A stretch of 64,000 nucleotides of DNA from an uncultured Candidatus Saccharibacteria bacterium (GCA_964501355.1 CAZCSM010000003.1:1660-65659); one strand, 5' to 3'. Positions 10,706-21,025 are shown, counted from the stretch's first letter. Made by a program: numbers and translations. Notes: generated by a model from the letters alone, not told the origin.

Positions 10706-12607
10706 ATGTCAAAGGTTGTAGGTATCGACTTGGGTACAACAAACTCATGTATGGCAATAATGGAAGGTGGAAATCCTGTTGTTATTGCTAACTCACAGGG
10801 AGGAAGATTAACTCCTTCAGTTGTCGCTATTACCAAAGATGGAGAAAGAATCGTTGGTACACCAGCAAGAAATCAAATGGTCACGAATGCAAAGAATACA
10901 GTTTATTCAGTAAAAAGACTTATTGGTCGAAGATGGGAAGATAAGGAAACTCAGCAGGATATCAAATTGCTCCCTTTTGATACTCGCAAGGGAAAGGGTG
11001 GTGGAATTGAAATTAAAATGGGTGATAAATGGCACTCGCCACAGGAAATTTCTGCAATGGTTCTTGCAAAAATGAAGGCTGATGCAGAGGCATATCTTGG
11101 TGAGGAAATTAAAGATGCAGTAATTACAGTTCCTGCATATTTTGATGATGCTCAAAGAAAAGCAACAAAAGATGCCGGAAAGATCGCTGGGTTCAATGTT
11201 CTTCGTGTGTTCAACGAACCAACTGCAGCTGCTCTTGCTTATGGTATGGACAAAGAGAAGAACGAGAAGATTGCCGTATACGACTTAGGAGGAGGAACAT
11301 TTGATATCTCCATTCTTGATATCGGAGATGGTGTTTTCGAAGTTCTTTCAACTAATGGTGATACTCATCTTGGTGGTGATAACATTGATCAGGAAATTAT
11401 TAATTACCTTGCCGAAGATTTCAAAAAGGCAGAAGGAATTGATCTTCGCGAAGATTCTGTTGCTCTTCAGAGACTTAAGGAAGCAGCCGAAAAGGCAAAA
11501 ATTGAACTCTCAACATCTGAGCAAACTTCTATTAATCTTCCATTCATCACTGCGGATGCATCCGGTCCAAAGCATTTGAACAGAGAATTTAAGAGATCTG
11601 AACTGGAAAACCTTATTGGTGATTTGATAGAGAGTTCTATTGAACCATGCAAGAAAGCTCTTAAGGATGCAAAATTAACCATTAACGATATTGATCAAGT
11701 TCTTCTTGTTGGAGGTATGACAAGAATGCCACTTGTTCAAAAAACTGTAAAAGACTTTTTCAAGAAAGAACCTCACAAAGGAGTTAATCCTGATGAGGTA
11801 GTTGGCGTAGGAGCCGGAATTCAAGGTGGCGTTCTAGCGGGAGACGTAAAAGACATTACTCTTCTCGATGTAACTCCATTATCTTTAGGAATTGAGGTTA
11901 ATCAGGGCCAAATGCATGTGATGATTCCTAGAAATACTACAATCCCAACCGAGAAGAAAGATGACAGGTTTACGACAGGTGCTGATAATCAACCTGCAAT
12001 TGATGTAAAGGTTTTCCAGGGAGAAAGACCAATGTGTGCCGATAACAAGCTTCTTGGAGAATTCACATTAGAGGGAATACCACCTGCACCACGAGGAGTT
12101 CCTAGATTTGAAGTCATCTTTGATATTGATGCAAACGGAATCTTACACGTAAGTGCAAAGGATCTTGGTACCGGTAAAGAGAAGAAGATTCCTATCAAAG
12201 CAACAACATCTCTTTCTGATGATGAGGTCAGTAAGATGGTTGAAGATGCTGCAAAGCATGCATCGGAAGATAAGAAGAAAAAAGAAATTGCCGAAGCCAG
12301 AAACGAAGCAGATTCATTATGCTTTACTGTGGAAAAAACAATCAAGGATCTTGGTGATAAGATGTCTGATGAAGAAAAGAAAGATCTCGAGGAAATGATT
12401 AAGTCTCTTCGAGAGGAATCTGCAAAAGAAGAGATAGATACTGACGAGGTAAAGAAGAAGATGGAAGAATTAATGAAGAAGATTCAAGATATTTCAGCGA
12501 AGCTTTATGAGGCACAGGCCGCAGAGCAACCTGAATCAATGGAAGATTCTTCGGGTGAGGAAAAGAAAGATGATAAGACTGTGGAAGAAGGGGAGATAGT
12601 GGAGTAG
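10706..12607 (+). CDS. dnaK: Chaperone DnaK (Hsp70)
   Basis: '[10 protein letters not shown]', 'DLGGGTFD' and '[11 protein letters not shown]' motifs. Full-length at 633 aa with an acidic C-terminal tail. Confidence 0.97.
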   Translation: MSKVVGIDLGTTNSCMAIMEGGNPVVIANSQGGRLTPSVVAITKDGERIVGTPARNQMVTNAKNTVYSVKRLIGRRWEDKETQQDIKLLPFDTRKGKGGGIEIKMGDKWHSPQEISAMVLAKMKADAEAYLGEEIKDAVITVPAYFDDAQRKATKDAGKIAGFNVLRVFNEPTAAALAYGMDKEKNEKIAVYDLGGGTFDISILDIGDGVFEVLSTNGDTHLGGDNIDQEIINYLAEDFKKAEGIDLREDSVALQRLKEAAEKAKIELSTSEQTSINLPFITADASGPKHLNREFKRSELENLIGDLIESSIEPCKKALKDAKLTINDIDQVLLVGGMTRMPLVQKTVKDFFKKEPHKGVNPDEVVGVGAGIQGGVLAGDVKDITLLDVTPLSLGIEVNQGQMHVMIPRNTTIPTEKKDDRFTTGADNQPAIDVKVFQGERPMCADNKLLGEFTLEGIPPAPRGVPRFEVIFDIDANGILHVSAKDLGTGKEKKIPIKATTSLSDDEVSKMVEDAAKHASEDKKKKEIAEARNEADSLCFTVEKTIKDLGDKMSDEEKKDLEEMIKSLREESAKEEIDTDEVKKKMEELMKKIQDISAKLYEAQAAEQPESMEDSSGEEKKDDKTVEEGEIVE

Positions 12608-12625
12608 TTTTTAGGTGTTAGTTTG

Positions 12626-12667
12626 TAGTAGGGACAGGCCTTGTGCCTGTCCTTCGTTTTTTCTTAG
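12626..12667 (+). terminator. Rho-independent terminator of dnaK; a member of the GTAGGGACAGG hairpin repeat family
   Basis: GTAGGGACAGGCC-TTGT-GCCTGTCC hairpin followed by TTCGTTTTTTC. Confidence 0.75.
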
Positions 12668-12711
12668 GTATGATATGATAAAATGTATCAGATAATTTTA
12701 ACTACATACGG

Positions 12712-13494
12712 ATGATGAGTGAATTAATTGATCTTGCAAAAGAAGTCGCTGTACAAGCCGGAGATCTTCTTTTGGAGATGTTTGATGATCGACTGAATGT
12801 TGGCTCAAGTGAGAAAGGCGTGAAGGATATTGTCACTGATGCTGATGTAAAAGCTGAAGAACTTATTAAACAAAAGCTTTTAGCGAAGTATCCTAATATT
12901 CCAGTAATCAGTGAGGAGTCTGATATGGAAAAAGAACATTCTCATTTTAGAAATGGTGATTTCTGGGTAATTGATCCTCTTGATGGTACGAGAAACTTTT
13001 CGATTGGTAATCCAAACTTTGTTGTTTCGATTGGCTACGTTGACTCCGATATGAAATTACACGGTGTTGTCTGTTACCCGATTTTGAAACAACTATTTTA
13101 TACAGAAGATGGTAAATCTTATCTTAACGGTAAATTAATTGCGGTAAGAGATGAGGACGACCTAGATGATGCAATCGTCGCATATTGGGATAAAAGAGAA
13201 AAGGACCCACAATGGGATAAACCTGACGTTTTAAATTCCCTACGAGGTAAGGTAAAAGTTTTGCGAATGTTCGGTGCAAGCGCATTGGAAAAGTCATGGG
13301 TTGCGAATGATCAAGTTGATTTATATATAGGGAATTCTTCTTCAATATTTGGTGCTGTTGCAGGTGTTGGTTTAGTTCGCAATGCAGGTGGTGTTGTTTT
13401 GAATTTTGAAGGAAATGAATGGCAGTTAGGGGATATAGGGATAATTTGTGGAAAGGAGAAATTAGTTAAAAAGGCTTTACCGTATTTGAAATAG
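12712..13494 (+). CDS. Inositol monophosphatase family protein (SuhB/IMPase-like)
   Basis: The 'FWVIDPLDGTRNF' metal-binding motif and overall IMPase length (260 aa). Confidence 0.85.
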   Translation: MMSELIDLAKEVAVQAGDLLLEMFDDRLNVGSSEKGVKDIVTDADVKAEELIKQKLLAKYPNIPVISEESDMEKEHSHFRNGDFWVIDPLDGTRNFSIGNPNFVVSIGYVDSDMKLHGVVCYPILKQLFYTEDGKSYLNGKLIAVRDEDDLDDAIVAYWDKREKDPQWDKPDVLNSLRGKVKVLRMFGASALEKSWVANDQVDLYIGNSSSIFGAVAGVGLVRNAGGVVLNFEGNEWQLGDIGIICGKEKLVKKALPYLK

Positions 13495-13595
13495 CCGAAT
13501 AACCTTCAATTAGTGGTATATATTGCAATGTTTCCATACATTTGCGATAATTCAAATATCTCTATTCCTTTTTCTATTTTATCTTTTCTATTCCT

Positions 13596-13937
13596 ATGAA
13601 CAAGAATGAAAAAGCTTTCGAGTCCTCGAAAGAAAAGAATTTTTTCTCCGGTGCACTTAAATTCTCATCGGATTATGTTTCTAAAGCAGAGCTATTTGAT
13701 GCAGCTTCTAGATGGACAGCAGCAGATAAAAATGTATTAAGGGTCTCCATTCGTCAAGGTGGTACAGATCAACACGCGTTAGATTTTATGTATGATCTTT
13801 CCGGCCTTTCGAATAGCCAATGTCCCAAAGGTTCTTCTGTTTTAGGTATGGTTTTTAAACCAGCATTTAAAGAATACCTAGGTGGAGACTATATGATTGG
13901 TTGGGACTGCGGGCAACCAACTTACATTGTAAAATAA
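13596..13937 (+). CDS. Hypothetical protein
   Basis: 113-aa ORF in coding-like context with no recognisable motif. Confidence 0.4.
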   Translation: MNKNEKAFESSKEKNFFSGALKFSSDYVSKAELFDAASRWTAADKNVLRVSIRQGGTDQHALDFMYDLSGLSNSQCPKGSSVLGMVFKPAFKEYLGGDYMIGWDCGQPTYIVK

Positions 13938-13991
13938 TTTCATAATCTGGAATAGGATAAATAAAGAACCTCCTTCGAGGTTCTTTTGCTA

Positions 13992-14050
13992 TGTAGGGAC
14001 AGGTCTTGTGCCTGTCCTAAAAGGACAACCACGAGGGTTGTCCCTACGAG
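13992..14050. repeat. Compound GTAGGGACAGG/CCTGTCCCTAC palindromic hairpin element (nested hairpins)
   Basis: TGTAGGGACAGGTCTTGTGCCTGTCC...AGGACAACCACGAGGGTTGTCCCTAC. The same family occurs at 12626, 47608 and 51275. It probably acts as a bidirectional terminator between convergent genes. Confidence 0.7.
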
Positions 14051-14055
14051 AACAA

Positions 14056-14619
14056 TTACATCTCTACTATCTGGAACAGTACTTGCCCCTTTACTGTTTC
14101 TGTATCAAGTACATCAGCTGTTACAGAAAGTTTGATATCTTCTGCCTGGTATGGATCAAGACTGATTGCGAAATAGTCTTGATTAGGTTTCTTCGAGAAG
14201 CTATACAACTCAAATGTTCCACCGTCGACGAGCATCCTGACTTCCAATTCGTTCATATTCGGATTAGTAACGGTCTTTGGTGTTATTCGTAAAGAAATTC
14301 GATCGTTCGTCTTATTTGTTAATTTGAAAAGATCATAGGTTACAGTTGCCTCCGAATATGCCGTGAATTCAATTTCCTGCTGGTCAAGATATCTTCCATC
14401 AAAAGTTCCTGATTGATCCCTAACAACAAGATCCATTCCATAATTTATTAATGGAGTTTTTGAATATGTTTCATTTTGTGTTGTTGCACCTTTAACTTCA
14501 ACCGTTTGTTCCTTTGGTGTCGGTGCAATCAATCCTACATAAATTAGTGTCCCAAAACTGACCACAGCTACAATTACTGCTAAGCTGTACGGGTGGAATA
14601 GGTTAAACTTTTTCTCCAT
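14056..14619 (-). CDS. Small membrane-anchored extracellular beta-rich protein, the last gene of the surface cluster
   Basis: N-terminal TM helix 'LAVIVAVVSFGTLIYVGLI' followed by a Thr/Val-rich domain. It overlaps the upstream gene by 17 nt. Confidence 0.6.
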   Translation of the reverse strand: MEKKFNLFHPYSLAVIVAVVSFGTLIYVGLIAPTPKEQTVEVKGATTQNETYSKTPLINYGMDLVVRDQSGTFDGRYLDQQEIEFTAYSEATVTYDLFKLTNKTNDRISLRITPKTVTNPNMNELEVRMLVDGGTFELYSFSKKPNQDYFAISLDPYQAEDIKLSVTADVLDTETVKGQVLFQIVEM

Positions 14620-15637
14620 TTGTTTCTTCTGTATCTAATTTATTTATGTTTGGCAGTTTTGATTTTACTTCTGGCTCTTTCTCGATCTTTACCTTTTTAA
14701 GCTCTGTTTTTTTCTTATCTTTATTATATCCGACAATTATTAACAGAATCACAACCACTAGTACTGCGATAACGACTTTCCAAGGAATTACCCAGAAATA
14801 GACTTCTGAACTTAGAGGTAAATCGTCAACACCATAAGCAAGTTCAACTTCTGCCTTATAGATGCCAAATCTCCAAGTTCCTTTCCATTCTGTTTCCCAA
14901 AGTCTAACTGCGGTAGGAAAGATGTTTGCCGGTTTTATAATCCATTCTGCGACTTCATTTCCCAAAGTGTTTTTTATTGTTACCGTTCCGCTTACTGGAA
15001 TATGGGTATTCCCATCATTTAGTATTTTCAATGTAAGAGGAATTGGGCCATATTCTGAAAAGAATGGTGCGGAGAACTCAGTAATTTCTGCAGACTCTTT
15101 AATATCACCTGATACAGTTAGTTTAACATAGGTTCCAAGCTTGTGTTCTACAAGAGGACCTACAACTTCTTCCTCGACTATTACCGGTGTAAATAGAATG
15201 CTTGTATAATGTCCTCCTGGTGTAGCGTCTTGTGGAATATCAATTGTAAAAGGAACATCTTTTGATTCGTTTGGTTCCAATAAAAATTCTTGGTACTCTT
15301 CTGCGACACCAATCCATTTGCTCATTGACCAAATGGATGAACCGGATTCAACAAATGTAGGAACACCGCTCTCAGACTCAACAATGAAGTCGAATAATTC
15401 GGTTTTAATTTTTAGTGTTTCTTCACTTAAGTTTGTAACTTTTGTCGTGCTATTCAGTGTGTCACCAGGATTACCATATAGATCAACACTCAAGTTGCCG
15501 GTTTCATCCGCTGAGCCACTCACAACGATTTTGCTCTCTTCGGTCCCACCTGTTTGTGCATAGGCTGGAATTGCAAATCCAAGAAGTAAAGTGGAAGCAA
15601 CTAATATTTTTGGCAGTGTTTTGTTCATTGTTTTCAT
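14603..15637 (-). CDS. Cell-surface protein with an N-terminal signal peptide and a C-terminal TM anchor plus Lys-rich tail (DUF916/DUF3324-like architecture)
   Basis: Signal peptide 'LLLGFAIPAYAQ', C-terminal 'VIAVLVVVILLIIVGYNKDKKK'. It is paralogous to the C-terminal half of the 16815-18140 product (block 'GTVTIKN.LGNEV' versus 'GTIKIRDRKGDIV'). Confidence 0.6.
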   Translation of the reverse strand: MKTMNKTLPKILVASTLLLGFAIPAYAQTGGTEESKIVVSGSADETGNLSVDLYGNPGDTLNSTTKVTNLSEETLKIKTELFDFIVESESGVPTFVESGSSIWSMSKWIGVAEEYQEFLLEPNESKDVPFTIDIPQDATPGGHYTSILFTPVIVEEEVVGPLVEHKLGTYVKLTVSGDIKESAEITEFSAPFFSEYGPIPLTLKILNDGNTHIPVSGTVTIKNTLGNEVAEWIIKPANIFPTAVRLWETEWKGTWRFGIYKAEVELAYGVDDLPLSSEVYFWVIPWKVVIAVLVVVILLIIVGYNKDKKKTELKKVKIEKEPEVKSKLPNINKLDTEETNGEKV

Positions 15638-15651
15638 TAATTATGCAATAT

Positions 15652-16752
15652 CTAGAAAATTGGTGTTGACACGTAAGTAATAGTTGTTCCAGAATAGTTT
15701 CCTGTTGGTTGTGAGGTATTTACTTCAATTTGATAAGTGATTGTTGTTGCCTCTGCTGTAACTGGTCCGTTATTATATGCGACTTCATAAGCCGTGCTTG
15801 TGCTCCAAGCTGCATATGTATCTGCTAATGAAAACCTCGTAGTTGTTCCTGTTCCAAGAACTCCGTCATTCGTATGATAACCCAGATATCCAGTGTTTGT
15901 ATTTGGTGTTATGCTTACCGGTGCTGCCCAAGCTGTTGGCGCTGCATTAGTTCCTGTAAACCAGTCAATATCATTTGCCCCTGAAGTTAACTGTGCATCT
16001 GCGATGGTTGTAGTTGTATATCCACCAGTTGCATTGGTTGAAATGGTTAGTGTTTGTGTGCAAGTCTCTGCTGTACCTGGAATTATTGACGCAAAATCAA
16101 CACTTGTTGCAGTTACTGTTCCGCTATCACAGGAACCTCCAGCAATTGCAAAAGATAGGGTTGTATCGATTTGAGCTGTAATTGTAACTCCAGAGACAAT
16201 TCCGACTCTCATGTTAATTGAATCATATACCGGTGAACCTCCTCCATCTGTTGTAGTTACTGCAACTGTACAGATATTCGAATCATTTCCTGCTCCGCAA
16301 ACTGCACCGGAAGGATTTTCAACTTTGTTTGTATCTCCGATGGTTACTCTTATCCATGTTGTTGCAGCAATATCTGTAGCTCCAAGAGGGATTGTTACAT
16401 TAGGTGATGAAACTACAATCGTTCCTGCCGTGTAAGAGGCCCAACTTGGAGTACCTCCAGTTCCGCCAGTTTCTACCGTAACATCTGTATTTGCAAGGGA
16501 ATTAAAAGTGAAATCGGCTTCGAATGCGAATCGGATCTCATCGTTACCTCCACCACCGGTTCCAGATAATGCTGTTGGGTTTCTGAAGACAAATGTGTGA
16601 ATTGCATCTGTTGACGGAAGAGATGTTTCCAATGTATCGCTTGCGCTCGTCAACGAATCAGATAACACTCTTTGTGGTAGAGAAACAAGTAGCAATAATG
16701 CTATTGTAACAATCACTAAACTCGTTCTGATATTTTTATTAAAAACTTTCAC
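15652..16752 (-). CDS. Secreted Thr/Gly-rich beta-protein with a WxL-like/pilin-like C-terminal strand
   Basis: Signal peptide, then a Thr/Gly/Ala-rich low-complexity beta region. It ends '...PTGNYSGTTITYVSTPIF', a motif shared with the 245-aa protein. Confidence 0.55.
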   Translation of the reverse strand: MKVFNKNIRTSLVIVTIALLLLVSLPQRVLSDSLTSASDTLETSLPSTDAIHTFVFRNPTALSGTGGGGNDEIRFAFEADFTFNSLANTDVTVETGGTGGTPSWASYTAGTIVVSSPNVTIPLGATDIAATTWIRVTIGDTNKVENPSGAVCGAGNDSNICTVAVTTTDGGGSPVYDSINMRVGIVSGVTITAQIDTTLSFAIAGGSCDSGTVTATSVDFASIIPGTAETCTQTLTISTNATGGYTTTTIADAQLTSGANDIDWFTGTNAAPTAWAAPVSITPNTNTGYLGYHTNDGVLGTGTTTRFSLADTYAAWSTSTAYEVAYNNGPVTAEATTITYQIEVNTSQPTGNYSGTTITYVSTPIF

Positions 16753-16814
16753 GATGATTATTCGTCAATATATATAAATTCTTATACTCATTAAATTGTC
16801 TTTTGCCAATCTTG

Positions 16815-18140
16815 TCAAGTCCCTTGCGATCTTTTTGTCCTCCGAATCGCAATAATAGTTATAGAACAAAGACAAACTAGAACTACAAGAGAGTTTATTA
16901 TCAATTTAATAGGAATGACATAAAATGATATTGAACTATTTAAGCCAACGGTGCCATCTTCACTTTTTACTTCTATCTCTGCATTATATTTCCCAAACAG
17001 ATACTTAAATTCCCATGAAGGAGAATCTTCTTGACTCTCCAATCGCCTTATTGTTCCGGGAAGAACAGTTGTTTTATCAAGAACAATCGTATCAACAATA
17101 TCACCTTTTCGATCTCTAATTTTTATCGTCCCATAAGCATTGTAGTGTAGTGTTCCTGTATTATTCACTCTTGCTGTAAACTCAACCGGGGAAATAAAGT
17201 TCCAGTCGTTCTTTACAGAAAATTCAACAATTTGACCGCTCTTCACAAGTTCTCCAAGGATTTCTCCTGAGTGAACAAAGTTGATATAACTTAGTATTCC
17301 GATTTTTCCGGTAACAAAAGACCCTGAACCGACTGTTGTTGATGCGGTGGGTATTGGTTCAATAAAAATTACATAATAGTATTCACCTTGTGGCAAAGTC
17401 TTTTCACCGTAAAAGTTGGCCGTAATAATTTTTGATGAATTGGCTGGGATTTTGACGGTGGATTCACTGAAGATAATTTCAATTTCTTTCTTTTCTTTTT
17501 CAAGAAAGTTTAATTTTCCATATTCTCCCACGATCTCAAATTTTTCGTAATAAACAAGATATTCTTGATCCAGGTTATTTAAGTTATAAACTTTAATTTC
17601 TTCATTCTTCGTTTCTTCTGCAACCAAATCCATTTCAAATTTAATTGGGTCTACGCCAAGAGAAGTTTTATCTTGAGCGTGAATTGGATGAGGGAAGAGT
17701 ATAGATGCTAGAGATAATATGGACATGAATGGAATTAGAGTAGCTAGTAGTTGGTAGCTAGTAGTTGTGGACTTTCTGATGCTTGAGATAAGCGCATTTA
17801 TTAACTTGGCAATCTCAATGCTTGTATTGGCTAATTCTTTAAAGACGTCTCGTTTCATGTAATCCAAATCTTTTGCAATTATTAATTGGTTTTGAACTTC
17901 CGTTAATGAACTAACGGAGACTTGATAGAATTGGATCTTTTCCTTTCTCGACCTTCTCGAAAATCCTTCTGCCAAATTACTGGTTATTGAAACGGCGGCT
18001 CGTCGTATTTGTGAGGAAAGTCCATATAATTCTTCCTTTGGAAATTTGTTTGTAATGCTGTAAATATCTAAAACAAAAACATGTCCTTTTTGCCAGGCTA
18101 TTAAATCGGTAAAGTTTTTAATCTTCTTGTTGTCGTCCAT
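16815..18140 (-). CDS. Fusion ORF: an N-terminal Avd-like four-helix-bundle domain (TIGR02436 / 23S-rRNA-IVS protein family) joined in frame to a signal-peptide surface protein with a C-terminal TM anchor
   Basis: Residues 1-~120 'IAWQKGHVFVLDIYSITNKFPKEELYGLSSQIRRAAVSITSNLAEGF...' are a classic four-helix-bundle protein with a strong RBS (AGGAG N6 ATG at 18140). The remainder starts at an internal Met (~17736) with signal peptide 'MSILSLASILFPHPIHAQ' and ends with a TM plus 'RRTKRSQGT'. Imperfect direct repeats GTAGCTAGCAACTAG / CTAGCTACCAACTACTAGCTAC flank the bundle module. Confidence 0.6.
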   Translation of the reverse strand: MDDNKKIKNFTDLIAWQKGHVFVLDIYSITNKFPKEELYGLSSQIRRAAVSITSNLAEGFSRRSRKEKIQFYQVSVSSLTEVQNQLIIAKDLDYMKRDVFKELANTSIEIAKLINALISSIRKSTTTSYQLLATLIPFMSILSLASILFPHPIHAQDKTSLGVDPIKFEMDLVAEETKNEEIKVYNLNNLDQEYLVYYEKFEIVGEYGKLNFLEKEKKEIEIIFSESTVKIPANSSKIITANFYGEKTLPQGEYYYVIFIEPIPTASTTVGSGSFVTGKIGILSYINFVHSGEILGELVKSGQIVEFSVKNDWNFISPVEFTARVNNTGTLHYNAYGTIKIRDRKGDIVDTIVLDKTTVLPGTIRRLESQEDSPSWEFKYLFGKYNAEIEVKSEDGTVGLNSSISFYVIPIKLIINSLVVLVCLCSITIIAIRRTKRSQGT

Positions 18141-18177
18141 ATATTTCTCCTAGTTGCTAGCTACGAATTCCCATCTA

Positions 18178-18915
18178 CTAAAAAGTTGCTGTCAGAATGT
18201 AAACTATCGTATTTTCATATGTTCCTGCCGGCTGAATATCGTCAACATTTACCTGATAAGTTACTCTAGTTGAAGCCCCTGTTTCTGGTGTACTTCCATT
18301 TTTGCTCATAATCTCTTGTGGAATTTCAGAGAAACTATAGTCTGCAAATTCCCTGTAACCTGAGGTAAGTGTTGCGTCTGTTCCTGTCAGATTTTCAACA
18401 GTAAATCCGAAACCGAACTCTGTATCATAATCTGTCCAAGAACCTTCGGTACTTTCTGTAATTGAATTGAATGGCAGGTCATCACCATTTGCTGCTCCGT
18501 ACGGAACCTTTTGCGTTCCGGTGACGTTCTTCAATTTGAAAGGTGTCGTTTCATATGTAGTTACTTTGTATCCTTCGGGACTATTTGTAATGACGGTAAT
18601 GTCAGAGCTTCCTGTTGCGGGTGTTCTCGGTGTCAGTGTTCCGAAGTCGACGACAGTATTTGAGATCGTGAAAGATAGGGGAATAAGGTCATAATACATG
18701 ACTCCTGACTGTATTATGAAATTATCACTTACAATTTCTCCTGAGGTTGTTTGACCCAATGCATCATTAACTTTGTAGTTATCTGATTCTTTTTCTTGCC
18801 CCATTTGATCAATTGTGTCGTTTTCGACATCAAGGCTTTGCGCAAATGTAAATACGGGGAACATGATTATTCCTGCGAATATGGTGAAGATGATGAATTT
18901 GCGAAAAGCTCTCAC
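18178..18915 (-). CDS. Secreted beta-protein with a WxL-like/pilin-like C-terminal strand, the first gene of the surface cluster
   Basis: Signal peptide 'IIFTIFAGIIMFPVFTFAQ', C-terminal 'PAGTYENTIVYILTATF'. Confidence 0.55.
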   Translation of the reverse strand: MRAFRKFIIFTIFAGIIMFPVFTFAQSLDVENDTIDQMGQEKESDNYKVNDALGQTTSGEIVSDNFIIQSGVMYYDLIPLSFTISNTVVDFGTLTPRTPATGSSDITVITNSPEGYKVTTYETTPFKLKNVTGTQKVPYGAANGDDLPFNSITESTEGSWTDYDTEFGFGFTVENLTGTDATLTSGYREFADYSFSEIPQEIMSKNGSTPETGASTRVTYQVNVDDIQPAGTYENTIVYILTATF

Positions 18916-19180
18916 GTGTTTGTTGTTAGATTTATCTAACTTTATATTAGCACGAGAGAATGGAATATGGAATCTGGAATTTTGAATCTGGCGAATTCAG
19001 TTGTTTCTTAATTCCTGTAACTGATACTGTGACTGTAACTATAACCGATTGTTGCGTAAGTCATACTCTAGATCCCGGATCACGCTTTGCCCCGCAAGCG
19101 GGACAAGCTGTCCGGGATGACACCTTCTTTTGAGTATTTGTTAATTGGTAATTGGAAATTGGTAATTTGGAATTCTTTGT

Positions 19181-21025
19181 CTATCCTCTCTTCATTATTG
19201 TCAAAAAGGCATCGGAAGGAATTTCTACATTTCCGAATTTCTTCAGTTTCAACTTTCCTTTCTTTTGTCTATCCAAAACTTTCATCTTTCGAGTAATATC
19301 TCCACCGTAAAGTTTTGCAGTAACATCTTTTCGCATTGCGGAAATGTCTGCTCTTGCAATAATGTCAGCTCCGATTGCGGCTTGAATTGGAATTTTAAAT
19401 TGTTGTTTTGGAATAATATCTTTCAATTTTTCGACAACTGTCATCCCTTCTTCTCGAGCGTGTGATTTGTGTGTAAGGAAAGACATCGGTTCAATAATTT
19501 TATTATTAACCAAAATATCGACCTTCTGAACTTCTCCTGCTCTAAAATCTTTCAGCTTATAATCCATTGAAGCATAGCCTTGGCTTAAACTTTTCATTTT
19601 GTCGAAAAAGTCAGTAATTAGTTCTGCCATCGGAACTTCATATCGCAAGATTGCTCTCGCTAAATCTTGATCTACACTATTCTTATCCAAGTATTCTGTA
19701 TCTTTGTAGTTTCCTCTTTTGTCCTGACAAAGCTGCATAATTGAACCTAAATATCTTGCTGGTACAATTATTTCAACGTTTGCCCAAGGCTCTCGAATTT
19801 CATCAATATATGAAGGATCCGGCATATCTTGAGGAGTCTCAATTACTTCCACATTTCCTTTTGTTAATAAAACCTCGTATCGAACACTTGGAACTGTTAA
19901 TAATGTTTCTACATCAAATTCTCGTTCAAGTCGTTCTTTCACAATTTCCATATGCAAAAGTCCCAAGAACCCGCATCTGTAACCCGGGCCAAGCGCAGAA
20001 GAAACTTGTGGTGTATAACTTAATGCGGCATCGTTTAGTGCTAATTTTTCCAGAGCTTCACGAAATCCTTTGTAATTATCATTGCTCATTGGGAACATAC
20101 TCGCGTAAACCATTGGTAGCGGTTGTCGATAACCTGCTAACGGTTCATAATTTTCGTCGTACTCGTCATTAATCGCAAGAGTGTCTCCAACTCTAATATC
20201 TCGGATTTCTTTTAACCCTGTTGCAATATATCCGACTTCGCCGGTTAAAATTTGATTTGCTGGATTCATATGAGGCGTTAGAAATCCAAATTCAATGGGC
20301 TCGAAAACGGTTTTTGTTCTAACGCATCTTAGCTTAGGATATAACCCTTTTTTCTCGATAGCACCTTCAAATATTCGAACGAGAGCAACTGCTCCTTTAT
20401 GTTCATCATAAAATGAATCGAAAATAAGAGCTTTTGTTTTCGCACTTGTATCTCCACGCGGGTGAGGGATAATTTCTACGACTTTGTTTAATAATTCAAC
20501 AACACCAATTCCGGTTTTTCCAGAAGTCATTAATATCTCGTCTTCTTTAAAACCAAACATTTCAACCAATTCTCTTTTTGTTTTTTCAATTTCTGCATTT
20601 GGTAAATCGACCTTATTAATAACCGGTATTATTTCCAAGTCATTTTCAAGCGCTTGAAAAATAGTGCTTACAGTTTGTGCTTCGATTCCTTGTGTAGCGT
20701 CAACTAGAAGTAGTGCTCCTTCACAAGCGGCGAGAGATCTGGAAACTTCATAAGCGAAATCAACATGTCCCGGTGTATCAATTAGATTCAGAATATATTC
20801 CTCGTCATTTACAACCCAACGCATTTTTACCGCTTGAAGTTTTATGGTAATGCCTTTTTCTTGCTCCAGTTCAAGCGTATCCATCATGCGATCTTTTACT
20901 TTTCTCTGTTCAATCGTTCCTGTTGTTTCTAATAGTCTATCGGCAAGAGTAGATTTCCCATGATCAATATGGGCTATTATGCTGAAATTTCGTATGTGGT
21001 TTTGTTTATCTTGATTACTTTGCAT
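19181..21025 (-). CDS. lepA: Elongation factor 4 (LepA)
   Basis: 'IRNFSIIAHIDHGKSTLADRLL' G1 motif and the LepA-specific C-terminal domain. Length 614 aa. Confidence 0.97.
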   Translation of the reverse strand: MQSNQDKQNHIRNFSIIAHIDHGKSTLADRLLETTGTIEQRKVKDRMMDTLELEQEKGITIKLQAVKMRWVVNDEEYILNLIDTPGHVDFAYEVSRSLAACEGALLLVDATQGIEAQTVSTIFQALENDLEIIPVINKVDLPNAEIEKTKRELVEMFGFKEDEILMTSGKTGIGVVELLNKVVEIIPHPRGDTSAKTKALIFDSFYDEHKGAVALVRIFEGAIEKKGLYPKLRCVRTKTVFEPIEFGFLTPHMNPANQILTGEVGYIATGLKEIRDIRVGDTLAINDEYDENYEPLAGYRQPLPMVYASMFPMSNDNYKGFREALEKLALNDAALSYTPQVSSALGPGYRCGFLGLLHMEIVKERLEREFDVETLLTVPSVRYEVLLTKGNVEVIETPQDMPDPSYIDEIREPWANVEIIVPARYLGSIMQLCQDKRGNYKDTEYLDKNSVDQDLARAILRYEVPMAELITDFFDKMKSLSQGYASMDYKLKDFRAGEVQKVDILVNNKIIEPMSFLTHKSHAREEGMTVVEKLKDIIPKQQFKIPIQAAIGADIIARADISAMRKDVTAKLYGGDITRKMKVLDRQKKGKLKLKKFGNVEIPSDAFLTIMKRG

